Origin: an uncultured virus (IMG/VR IMGVR_UViG_3300031565_000002)
Lineage: Duplodnaviria > Heunggongvirae > Uroviricota > Caudoviricetes
DNA: 64,000 bases
Direction: 5' to 3' (one strand)
IMG/VR virus record: IMGVR_UViG_3300031565_000002
Made by a program: the position numbers and the translations under genes. Shown piece after piece: positions 32,270 through 41,975 of this stretch; position 1 is the stretch's first letter, and each line of letters starts with the position of its first letter. Under the pieces are notes generated by a model. The model worked only from the letters and a program-made list of their open reading frames with translations. It searched no databases and was not told the DNA's origin.

Positions 32270-32641
32270 AATCTGTATAAATATATTGTAATAACTTTTC
32301 TCTATCTAACTGTAAATCATAAATTTTAGCATTAATTACACGAATTTGATCCTCTATTTCTCTCTTCCTGCGCTGATAATATTCATTCTCACTTATATCT
32401 ACAGGTTTAATATCATCAAAATATTTAAAATACCCTCCACGCTTATCCATTAATCTAATATCAAGTCCACATCCACTTTCACTATTTTCTGGATAAAAAA
32501 TAAATGGTTGATCAAAAAACTGTATAAAAATATCACCTTTATCAAACAACCCTTCAACTGTCCTATGGGCTTTAATTGCCTTAACCTTTTTCATTATATC
32601 CCCTTACTCGTTACATCGATAATCTGTTTCATACTATTCAC

Positions 32642-33082
32642 CTAAACTAGTGAATATTTCGGTTTCATTTTATCAACAAAGAATCGGATACAAAATTCCC
32701 TTAACCCCAAATAATCTACAGGGGTTTGTATCTGTTCCATGACTAATTCACTTGGCTTTGGCTTTCCTTCACGGCATTTCTTTAAACTCCTATATGATGT
32801 TTTAGATAAATCAATTTCATACTTATCCCATATTAATTCATGTAATAAATTAGAGAATTCACTTTCATATCTCAAATGGCATTCGTGACATAAACAACAA
32901 TAATCCCACTCAAAATAATACCAATGAATTTCCCTTAATTCCTTTCTAACATCATCTCTTAATTTATTACTATAACAACTACCTATTACATGGTGCTTCG
33001 TTAATTCTTCGCAATCTTCTACTCCACAAACGCAACACCTATTCTTCCTTTTTATCTGATACCCTTTATTCTTAAACTCCAT
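32642..33082 (-). CDS. HNH-like protein
   Basis: CCVCG..LTKHHVI ... LCHECH. Confidence 0.55.
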   Translation of the reverse strand: MEFKNKGYQIKRKNRCCVCGVEDCEELTKHHVIGSCYSNKLRDDVRKELREIHWYYFEWDYCCLCHECHLRYESEFSNLLHELIWDKYEIDLSKTSYRSLKKCREGKPKPSELVMEQIQTPVDYLGLREFCIRFFVDKMKPKYSLV

Positions 33083-33273
33083 CTAATCTTTCTTCCCATA
33101 TCGTGCTTTTTTATATTTAGGAGTTGCTTTTTTAGGTTGAAGTTCATGAATACGTTCTTGCAATCTCTCAATACATGCATTAACAATCTTCTTACCTCTA
33201 CCGGCATTGTATGTCTGATGGGCTGCTTCCATTACCAAATCTGCACACTGTATGCCAAATTTCTCTCTGCGTG

Positions 33274-33594
33274 TTATTTTTTTAGAACTCTCCAATCAAC
33301 CTTATCCTTTTTATTATTGTTACACCTAAAACAGGCAACCACCAAATTATCAGGATCATATCTATCTCCACCTTTACCTAATGGTACAACATGATCCACT
33401 GTCGCAAGCTCATCTTTATTCTCTGTCTCTGCCTTTAAATTAGTTTTCCCACAATAAAAACATTCCAGAACATCAAACTGACCTAAATACTCTGACCTAA
33501 AATTCACCCATTCTTCAACTTCAAGCCGATGATATACACTGGTCAAAAGAACTAATGCTGCTAATGACTTTTTATATACGGCTCCTCGGTACAA
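33274..33594 (-). CDS. HNH endonuclease
   Basis: CFYCG, TVDHVVPLGKGG, NLVVACFRCNNNK. Confidence 0.88.
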   Translation of the reverse strand: MYRGAVYKKSLAALVLLTSVYHRLEVEEWVNFRSEYLGQFDVLECFYCGKTNLKAETENKDELATVDHVVPLGKGGDRYDPDNLVVACFRCNNNKKDKVDWRVLKK

Positions 33595-33609
33595 ACGTTA
33601 TGTTTCATC

Positions 33610-34194
33610 TCAATCTCCTTGCAATAATTCCTGACATTTTTTAAGGCATTCTTCAACTCTATCATCAAGACTCTCTGTTTTCAATGTAATTAAATGAATC
33701 GGAGGAAATAATCTAAAGATAAACTGAATCATTTGATCTGACTCATTTCTCCAATCGTCCTGAAAATGTTTATCCGGTCTAACTCCATCATCATCTGGTT
33801 TCCATAATGGAGGTAAATGAAATATAATGTCATACCTTTGAGGACAATTAATCTTATTCATCATTTTAAAAATATCATTAACATACATAGTATCTTTTAA
33901 ACTATTAACATCTCTAATTTCCATAGCATACAAAAACCCCATATGAATCGGACTATCTGTAATAGTAACATCTGTCTCTTTTGCTGGTACCACATTCTCC
34001 CATTCAAGTTGCTTTTGCATAATCTTATATTGATCAAAAACATTGTCAACAGGTCCGTGCTTCGCCAAAAACATTCTGGCATATTCTGCAACCAACTCAA
34101 CCTTACCTATCCTATCATAAGATCTAGCTGCAACACCTCTTGCCACACTCGATTTACCGGCACCTGGAACTCCAACGAAACCAATTCTCTTCAT
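33610..34194 (-). CDS. NadR-type ATPase/kinase (AAA_28-like)
   Basis: GVPGAGKS, EYAR, ITDSP, DDGVR. Confidence 0.78.
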   Translation of the reverse strand: MKRIGFVGVPGAGKSSVARGVAARSYDRIGKVELVAEYARMFLAKHGPVDNVFDQYKIMQKQLEWENVVPAKETDVTITDSPIHMGFLYAMEIRDVNSLKDTMYVNDIFKMMNKINCPQRYDIIFHLPPLWKPDDDGVRPDKHFQDDWRNESDQMIQFIFRLFPPIHLITLKTESLDDRVEECLKKCQELLQGD

Positions 34195-34213
34195 TAAATT
34201 ATCCCTAATTTTC

Positions 34214-34289
34214 TGGCTGACAGGAGAGGAATTGAACCTCCAACGACCTGATTAACAGTCAGGGGCTCTGCCAATTGAGCTACCTGCCA
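34214..34289 (-). tRNA. tRNA-Asn(GTT)
   Basis: Loop CTGTTAA, G73, CCA. Confidence 0.92.
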
Positions 34290-34546
34290 GTAATATTGTT
34301 GTAATCCTATTTATAGTTTCTTCTGAATCAAATACACACGCTCGATCTGACTGCGCAAAACATTCCAACAACCCAAAGGCTGTTGACTCTTCTCTGGTAT
34401 TAGGGAAAGGATATTCCCAATCACCAAATGTTATCTCTCCTTCATCGTAATCTTCAACATGTGAAAAAATTGTTCCAGAATCCCCATAATAAGTAACCCT
34501 TACCTTCATCTCTCATTCTTCCTAATAATATTTACATTTCAAGTTA

Positions 34547-34624
34547 TGGCTGGGGCGGTGGGACTTGAACCCACAACCTTCGGTTTAACAGACCGATGCT
34601 AACCGCCAATTGAGCTACACCCCA
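34547..34624 (-). tRNA. tRNA-Asn(GTT)
   Basis: Loop CTGTTAA, CCA; irregular D arm. Confidence 0.85.
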
Positions 34625-34779
34625 GTAAATTTATAATAGTACGGTGCCCGGATTCGAACCGGGAAAGACCATTGACCATTACCCGCACCGGTACTTTTCC
34701 TAGGTATTTTCTCAGTGCAAGCTCGTGGATTCGAACCACGCCACCATACCACAGGGAAACTATGCATGTTCCCCTAATT

Positions 34780-35067
34780 TTATAATTTTTCTTTTATTCT
34801 CCACCATTGTTTAATTGCATCAGAACTATCTAATTTCATAGCACCATTATTTATGGCAAGTTTCCTTTTCGCAGAAGTTAAATCAAAATGCCTTAACCCC
34901 TTTTCATTAATCTCATTTTTCGCTTTCAACCCTATTTTCTTTGCAAATTCTAACAACTCATCACGAGTATCGGCAAACAAATGACACATCATCTTTGCTT
35001 CACCTTTAGCCCCGACCTTTTTACTTAATAACGGATCAACATAAACCATATCACCACCTATGTTCAC
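34780..35067 (-). CDS. DUF4031-like protein
   Basis: VYVD, CHLFADTRDEL..FA..IGL, HFDLT..KR..A. Confidence 0.75.
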   Translation of the reverse strand: MNIGGDMVYVDPLLSKKVGAKGEAKMMCHLFADTRDELLEFAKKIGLKAKNEINEKGLRHFDLTSAKRKLAINNGAMKLDSSDAIKQWWRIKEKL

Positions 35068-36828
35068 CTATCTATAAAAAGAATCTTCTACTTTCGGCTT
35101 ATTGACTCTCCATTGCTTTACCTGGTATTCAGGATATCTTCTGGCTGCATTACCATTCCATGATGCGACCACTATCCTTTTTTCGGTATCTACTTCATTA
35201 ACTAATACAGAGTGCACAACCTTATGCCTAATGGTCGTATTTCCCATTCTCTGAGAAGTAACTGTCCATAAGGTCTGTCCAGGCTTAATACGATCAAAGA
35301 TTGCCATCATTTCCTCCCATTTCCTCTATCTCCCTTACAGCGTTATACAAAACTTCCCCTGCCTCATTCAATGCTTTCCTTGCCAAACATTCTGGACATT
35401 TCTGATATGGTGACGAATCATCACAATCACCTTCACAATTATCCATATCTGCATATTTATCTAAAAATTCAATTCTCTCTGCAAAATTCATACTTTACCA
35501 ATCATAATCAGTTAAATCAATATCTTCTCCACACGTACATTTAACTTTAGATATTTCACCTAACGATGTAGGCGTAAAAGAAAATGTGAGCCTGCCACCA
35601 ATAGCCCCCTGCTTCATAGGATCCCCAAAAGCACATCTTCCCTTATGCTCTTCATCCCATTCTTTAAACTTTTTCAATTGTTCTTTGTCAAGACTAAAAC
35701 TCATATTATTCTTCCTTCATTTTAACTTTTGCTTCTGTAACTATACGATAAACAGGAAATGATACTGTTTTAAATTTATCTTGAGAAAAATCTAAAACCC
35801 TAAATTTCTTATCATCACAAAATCTCAAATCTGCTATATATCCTGTACTATCCCTTGTAATCCTGATATCACTAAACGCTATTTCTTCCCTGTCTATATC
35901 TTGTTCCTTAAACAACCACACATTATTAAATGAATCTACGACCAGTCTACTTGCCCATGCAGTATCCCCGATATCAATATCACTAGCAATGCTAAATCTA
36001 TCAATATATTTTTCAGGCAACTTTTCATAACAGGCAATTAACTGATCTAGTACAATTATACTGTCAGCCGGTTCAACTTTAAGATTATTTTTAATTTCTA
36101 CTTGAGATTTATCACAAAAAGACCAACACATCGCGATAATAACCAAAACAGTCATCACCGACAAAAATCTCGTACTAAACATCGATACCTCCTACTCATC
36201 GGTTACTTCTTCTGTTTTTACCCCTTCTTTTTCATTCTCCATGTCATGTACAGCCATAAGACTCAACGTCAACAAAACAATCATACAAAGAATAATAATT
36301 ATTCTTGTCATCGGTGAATCAATATTAGGAATCATTTTTAACTCCTTAAAACGTTAATGCGCTTCGTTATAATAATTTATATACTCATCGATCCCAAAGG
36401 TCTGTTCACAGTTAGGGCAGTCCATATCAGAAGTATCTGCTTTAACTTTAAACTCATACTCACACCCAGGGCACTTTGCATCTTTAAGCCCAGCCTCACA
36501 ATCACAGCCCATTGTTACCTTACCAATAGGTTTAGGTTTCCTTACATCCATCCTTACCCCTCTTTCTACTATCTCTCGACAGTCCTTACGAAAGTCAAAA
36601 AACTTTTAATAAATTTCTTTTGAATCTTGCCTTTTTCATCATAAGCGTCTACGGGGCACATATCATCCAATTGTTCAAGTTCATGCGCCATAAATTCAAC
36701 ATACCACTCATTCCCCTGTCTATCTTTCACAATACTCATCAAATTTTCTAAAGGATCTCTACCACGAAAACAAGTAATCTTATGATTCCCCAATTTACAT
36801 GTCATACCCATCTCCAAATAAAGGTAAA

Positions 36829-36901
36829 TACCCCGTAGGAGAATCGAACTCCTGTTACATGGCTGAAAACCATGTGTCCTAAGCCACTGGACGAACGGGG
36901 C
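36829..36901 (-). tRNA. tRNA-Glu(TTC)
   Basis: Loop TTTTCAG. Confidence 0.9.
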
Positions 36902-36905
36902 AGAA

Positions 36906-36980
<75 letters not shown>

Positions 36981-37021
36981 ATTATATTAAATAACTTTAT
37001 TTTCATACAGATAAATCAAAA

Positions 37022-37093
37022 TAGCCCGTAGGAGAATTGAACTCCTGTCGCAAGAATGAAAATCTCGCATCCTAACCACTAGACGAACGAGCC
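37022..37093 (-). tRNA. tRNA-Glu(TTC)
   Basis: Loop TTTTCAT. Confidence 0.9.
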
Positions 37094-37099
37094 AAAAAT

Positions 37100-37176
37100 T
37101 GGCGGGAATGACGAGACTTGAACTCGCAACAACCGGCTTGACAGGCCGGTACTCTAACCAATTGAGCTACATCCCC
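37100..37176 (-). tRNA. tRNA-Asp(GTC)
   Basis: Loop CTGTCAA, CCA. Confidence 0.92.
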
Positions 37177-37381
37177 GAAAAGGTGGTTATATGGAAATCC
37201 CATACAACCACCGGTTTATATATAAAGGGATAATTTCCTTCTAATTATGTGCTTATTCAATCTTAACCAGAAATGTCAAAGAACGTTAATAATTTTGTAA
37301 AATTCATACTTCACCACCTTTTATAATGTTATACTATATATAATATAACAAAGTAGGTATATGAAGTAAAATTTTATCATT

Positions 37382-37410
37382 AAAAAAGCCCCATCTTTTG
37401 GATAGGGCTC
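37382..37410 (-). terminator. attenuator terminator 3
   Basis: AGCCCTATC-CAAAA-GATGGGGCTTTTTT; antiterminator GGGCTCA near 37430-37436. Confidence 0.82.
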
Positions 37411-37440
37411 ATTAATCGAATACAACATTTGAGCCCAATT

Positions 37441-37506
37441 TTAGGGTATACCTTCTCCCTCTCTATTATCATTCCGTTCAAACCTATTATTTATTAAGTG
37501 CTTCAT
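37441..37506 (-). CDS. leader peptide 3 MKHLINNRFERNDNREGEGIP
   Basis: AAGGAAG upstream; hand translation; not in ORF track. Confidence 0.78.
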   Translation of the reverse strand: MKHLINNRFERNDNREGEGIP

Positions 37507-37611
37507 ACTGTACTTCCTTTAATTTGGAGCCGGAGCCAGGAGTCTCACCTGAACGACTGTATGTGCCCATACAAGGCTTCGCATCTTGTACAGAACTCCG
37601 ACATAATTTAA

Positions 37612-37684
37612 TGGAGCGGAGGGGGCTTGAACCCCTGACCTCAACGCTGCCAGCGTCGCGCTCTCCCAACTGAGCTACCGTCCC
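37612..37684 (-). tRNA. tRNA-Ala(GGC)
   Basis: G3-U70, loop CTGGCAG. Confidence 0.9.
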
Positions 37685-37918
37685 TTAATTTCTAAAATGT
37701 TTTTCATCATACCTTGCTACTTCGTTCCATATCACCCATGATTCCTTGCCAATTTCCATAGCTGTTTCATTTACCATTCGCATAATTCTCTTCTTTTCTT
37801 CGTCGTCTCTGATGCCCCAATCTCGTAAAAGCAATTCGGTAATTCCCATTATACCAGTTAATTTGTTATTGATTCGGTGGAGACTGTCCATTACATTTCT
37901 AGCAGCATCTTCTTTCAT
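37685..37918 (-). CDS. stand-alone HisKA-like helical protein
   Basis: LHRINNKLTGIMGITELL resembles an H-box. Confidence 0.45.
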   Translation of the reverse strand: MKEDAARNVMDSLHRINNKLTGIMGITELLLRDWGIRDDEEKKRIMRMVNETAMEIGKESWVIWNEVARYDEKHFRN

Positions 37919-37995
37919 CTCTCACCTGCCTGCTAAATGTTTATGTTTGTACTTACAACAGGCACTTACATCTGGTTAATTATATTTATCCTTTC

Positions 37996-38071
37996 TGGTG
38001 GAGCGAGGGGGGATCGAACCCCCGACCTCAACGTTGCGAACGTTGCGCTCTCCCAACTGAGCTACCGTCCC
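37996..38071 (-). tRNA. tRNA-Ala(CGC)
   Basis: G3-U70, loop TTCGCAA, CCA. Confidence 0.92.
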
Positions 38072-38074
38072 ATA

Positions 38075-38150
38075 TGGTGGAGCGGAGGGGGCTTGAACCC
38101 CTGACCTGTTGGTTGCAAACCAACTGCTCTCCCAACTGAGCTACCGTCCC
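38075..38150 (-). tRNA. tRNA-Ala(TGC)
   Basis: G3-U70, loop TTTGCAA, CCA. Confidence 0.9.
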
Positions 38151-38472
38151 ATTATTCCGTCTTACAACTCTCAAAGAACCTTAATTCCCGCATTGTTAAT
38201 TCCCCCCTTCTTCGAGGATTCCCACAACACCTTACTGCTGAACATATCTTTGTAGTATTTCTAAGGTGTCTTGAGTTCTTCTCAATCAACTCTGCCGTTT
38301 CTTCCTTTGTATGTAAATCTGAACAATAAAAGAGAAATACACGCTTATAACTTTTACGTTTTCCAACTAGAAAACGCTCACGCCTATCATTTGGATGAGA
38401 CATAGTTTAACTCCTTTGCTTAAACTGTCCTACGCCATCATCCTTTCTCCTTCCTTGTTAAATTACAAAAAT

Positions 38473-39390
38473 CTATTTTAAATATTCGTATTCTACTTGA
38501 TTGGCTATTGCCTCTCCAAGGCTTCGATAATCATCAATATACTTAACCTTGTCCATCTTCTCTAACTTACTATTTATCAAACAATCAACCCTATTAAAAC
38601 TATAATTCTGTATCGCTTGCGACATATCATTTGCCAATCTCACCCTACTTGAAAGGGACATAACCCTTCCTAAACCGCCATCTATAGGGTCGGCATAAAA
38701 CAGTAAATCTGACGCATTTCCACCCTTCTTTGCCTTCTTAAAAGACATTCCCCGAAAACAATGTCCCGCTCCAAGCGACAATATATGAACCTTATTGGTT
38801 TTATCTACTGCCTTTTGAAGCCATCCTTGCCGAATTGTCTCAGTAACAGTTTCACCTAAAGGACAATTCTCATTACCGGTTCCACCATCAAGCCAAACCT
38901 GTTCAGATTCTTTGTCTACAATATGCCCGAAGTACAATGGTGCAGCGAAACTTCTGGCAATAGCATCTATTAATTTAATTTTACCATCTTTCTTTTCCCA
39001 CCCCTTAAAGAAGTGAGTTCTACCGTCAACCTTGCTAGCAGAAGTACACATAAACTTTGTAACGCAATCAGACATTAATACATCAGCGCCAACATGTTCA
39101 CTAAAAAATTCTATAAACGGTTCTCTGCTGTATTTAGGCTGCACCAATGGGATTCTCAATCTCCACTTGAACACGTCCGGAAGAACTTTTAACATAAGTT
39201 CTTCTAATCGAGTTGCATCTATCTTACCGGATGCAAGTGCTCCACAGATTATAGCACCGATGCTAGTCCCAACCATCAAGTCAAAGATCTCGTAAATTGG
39301 CTTCCCTAATAACTGTTCAATCTCCTTTAAAACTGTCATAGGGATAACTCCCTTTACGCCACCGCCATCTACTTCTAGTATCCTAATCAC
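38473..39390 (-). CDS. patatin-like phospholipase
   Basis: DGGGVKG, GTSIG, AAPLYF, DGG. Confidence 0.92.
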   Translation of the reverse strand: MIRILEVDGGGVKGVIPMTVLKEIEQLLGKPIYEIFDLMVGTSIGAIICGALASGKIDATRLEELMLKVLPDVFKWRLRIPLVQPKYSREPFIEFFSEHVGADVLMSDCVTKFMCTSASKVDGRTHFFKGWEKKDGKIKLIDAIARSFAAPLYFGHIVDKESEQVWLDGGTGNENCPLGETVTETIRQGWLQKAVDKTNKVHILSLGAGHCFRGMSFKKAKKGGNASDLLFYADPIDGGLGRVMSLSSRVRLANDMSQAIQNYSFNRVDCLINSKLEKMDKVKYIDDYRSLGEAIANQVEYEYLK

Positions 39391-39421
39391 CGATACCCCC
39401 TGATATAATGTTAAAAGGTAA

Positions 39422-39498
39422 TGGTTGGGGTGGGCAGAATTGAACTGCCGACGCCTCGGTTATCAGCCGAGTCCTCTAACCAACTGAGGTACACCCCA
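39422..39498 (-). tRNA. tRNA-Ile(GAT)
   Basis: Loop CTGATAA, CCA. Confidence 0.9.
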
Positions 39499-39591
39499 AT
39501 AACATTATTACACTTTATTTTATATCAAAGAACTATCGTGTTTTCATAATAGGGGTGGGGGGAGTTGAACCCGCCCACTGACACGGCTTAT

Positions 39592-40219
39592 CTTACCACC
39601 ATAGCTTTCGCTACCATTTCTGTTTGTGGTCTGGACTTTCCCTTGACCATATTTTCAAGAACTTAGGCCCCTCCCGTCAAGTCTCTACACCTTCCATTTT
39701 TCAGGATTGGCTCGGGATTGCCATCAGCATCACCTGTTAAAGTTTCCCCGAATTTGAGAGGTTCTACTTTCTACGTTTCCATAGAAGCACTCATATTTTA
39801 ACAACCCAATCAACAAGGAGGTTGTCTTTTGCCCATTTAACCTTACTCGACTGATTATTTAAAGGAAAATCTATACGAAGTACCATCGTTCCCTTTGGTG
39901 CTTCATTAATGTCTATAGTATAATATTCATCATTTTCATAACAATAAACGATAAAAACATCTATAAGACCATCGTAATATTTTTTATAACTTCCTTTCGT
40001 ATTAACCCTTGACGAGCATGTATTAAAGGCTACACAACCATTACCATCCAGCCTTCCTGTTTTACATTGAACTCTAAAAAACTTATGAGTTCCATCTACT
40101 AATAAATCATATGGCTGATTATCGCCAACAGGAACACTAACAACCTTACCAAGTTCCATTAGCCTAGTGATTATCTTCTGTTCGGTTAATTCTCCTTTTA
40201 CTTTTGGATTATTATTCAT
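39592..40219 (-). mobile_element. group I intron (IC3-like) with homing endonuclease ORF
   Basis: Core motifs AAATTCGGGGAAAC, AATCCCGAGCC, GTAGAGACTTGACGG, AAGGGAAAGTCC; U at 5' splice site, terminal G. Confidence 0.88.
39791..40219 (-). CDS. intron-encoded PD-(D/E)XK endonuclease (I-Ssp6803I-like)
   Basis: KGELTE, P.GDNQPYDL, RVQCKTG. Confidence 0.88.
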   Translation of the reverse strand: MNNNPKVKGELTEQKIITRLMELGKVVSVPVGDNQPYDLLVDGTHKFFRVQCKTGRLDGNGCVAFNTCSSRVNTKGSYKKYYDGLIDVFIVYCYENDEYYTIDINEAPKGTMVLRIDFPLNNQSSKVKWAKDNLLVDWVVKI

Positions 40220-40356
40220 AAGACCGCCGCTCTAACCTCACATGAGCTACACCCCCATAAATTGGAATATACAGCCACATATTCGACCATCGAATACACA
40301 ACTCACCAAACTTACTGAATGTAGCACAAATCTCATTTTCATCTCCATTTTGACAT

Positions 40357-40392
40357 AAAAAAAACTCTGTCGGGTTTTGCCTGACAGAGTTT
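40357..40392 (-). terminator. attenuator terminator 4
   Basis: AAACTCTGTCAGG-CAAAA-CCCGACAGAGTTTTTTTT; antiterminator GCCTGACAAGAG 40420-40409. Confidence 0.85.
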
Positions 40393-40424
40393 AAAATTCA
40401 TGTTTAGTCTCTTGTCAGGCCGCA

Positions 40425-40505
40425 CTATCCTCCGCCTTCTGCATTAATAGCAGCTTCATCTATAATATTAGTGCTTCTTATTATCCTGACAGTTGTTGCT
40501 AACAT
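40425..40505 (-). CDS. leader peptide 4 MLATTVRIIRSTNIIDEAAINAEGGG
   Basis: GAGGA RBS; hand translation; not in ORF track. Confidence 0.78.
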   Translation of the reverse strand: MLATTVRIIRSTNIIDEAAINAEGGG

Positions 40506-40611
40506 AAAAAGTTAATCCTCGTTTAAATCCTAGTTTAATACCTTACTTAACTATTTTACTATTATGGTTTAAAATATCGGTATTAAACCAAAAAAGTTTA
40601 TTGTTGTTCCT

Positions 40612-40640
40612 AATATACCCCTAAAACCCAAAAAAGTCAA
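40612..40640 (-). promoter_or_regulatory. sigma70-type promoter
   Basis: TTGACT-17 nt-TATATT. Confidence 0.78.
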
Positions 40641-40941
40641 CAACTTTTTAAAATTATTTTTACGGTTCATCAATAAGAGCTTTATCTTTATCGTTAATAC
40701 TATTTATAAATTTATCATTTTCAACATGATAAATTATAAATTTTACCTTACCATACCTTCTATTGGCCTCAGAAAGAGCAATCGCATGATCATCAAATAC
40801 CCCCTCTATTCTTGCCTTGCGTATCAGTAAGTACTTATTAAGATACTTCTCCAAAAATTCTTCTTCATGTTCCCGTATCCACTTTAGGTTCCTATTCGCA
40901 TCACGTGCCATAACTATCCTCCTTTTGATAAATGGAAGTTA

Positions 40942-41868
40942 TTAGCCCGTTCTCTTTATCTTAATTTCTCCTGATACCGTCTCATCCAAAAAATCCTGCA
41001 AATCATCCTGCAGATCTTCAATTTCTTTCCCTTTAGCCACAGCAATTCTTTGTGCATTTATATAAATGTTCTGTATTGTTTCCTTAACATCAAGCCTTGC
41101 ACTTCTATGAAAATCAAAAACATCTTTCCTAGAAACTACCCAATCACCAATATACATCGTATCAAGAAAATCAGACTCTAAACCCCTAATAACATTAAAT
41201 TTTAACTCTATATATCGCTGATAATCATTTGAATCGTAATCAGCAAGATGATTATTAGCAAAAGATGCCCTAACAACAGCAACCATGTCATGAAGCATCA
41301 ATTTTATAAGGGTCTGATAAAATTTATAATCTTCATATAAATATTCTTCTTCCCTCTTGATCTGTTTACCCTTTTCCTTCAATTTTTCCCTTAATTTTTC
41401 GAGATACAATTTTTGATATAGCGTCCTTATATTTATAAACTGTTCTTCAACATGCCCCATCTGTTCAGATAGGCAACCCTTATATCTTATTTCTGATATT
41501 TTAGAAATAACATAAGTTGTTTTAGTTACGACATGCTTAAAATCTACAACATGAGGGCAAAATGTATGTGGTGATTTTTCTGACAATAACACCGTTGGAG
41601 GGGGCTGTAATACATCATCTTTTACCCCTGATTTATCATCTTTCTTCTGATCAGATTTTTTGTCTTTAGAATCATCCGAACCACTAATATCAACTTCCGT
41701 ACCACCAGGTAATTTCAATTTTAAATTACCCTTAAACATTAATACAGCCAAAAATACTACAACAAGCCCAATAATAATAAACACAAAAACCCAGACGTTA
41801 TCTATATTCTTACTAAATGCATCAACAATAGGGATTGGTAGTTTTGTTGTAATGGTAGTACCGATCAT
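40942..41868 (-). CDS. membrane-anchored hypothetical protein
   Basis: 308-aa ORF with N-terminal TM segment. Confidence 0.65.
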   Translation of the reverse strand: MIGTTITTKLPIPIVDAFSKNIDNVWVFVFIIIGLVVVFLAVLMFKGNLKLKLPGGTEVDISGSDDSKDKKSDQKKDDKSGVKDDVLQPPPTVLLSEKSPHTFCPHVVDFKHVVTKTTYVISKISEIRYKGCLSEQMGHVEEQFINIRTLYQKLYLEKLREKLKEKGKQIKREEEYLYEDYKFYQTLIKLMLHDMVAVVRASFANNHLADYDSNDYQRYIELKFNVIRGLESDFLDTMYIGDWVVSRKDVFDFHRSARLDVKETIQNIYINAQRIAVAKGKEIEDLQDDLQDFLDETVSGEIKIKRTG

Positions 41869-41975
41869 CTAATCCACCAATCTAGAAATTAAATAAAGTA
41901 TAATATACTACTTTATTTTTTGTAAAAAAAATATCGATGAATTTGGGGATTTTGACCACAAATAAAGGGGTTTTA

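Larger units (their letters stand above)
39550..40256 (-). tRNA. tRNA-Ile(TAT) interrupted by a group I intron
   Basis: 5' exon 40256-40220 ends CTT, 3' exon 39591-39550 starts ATAA; spliced loop CTTATAA. Confidence 0.8.
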
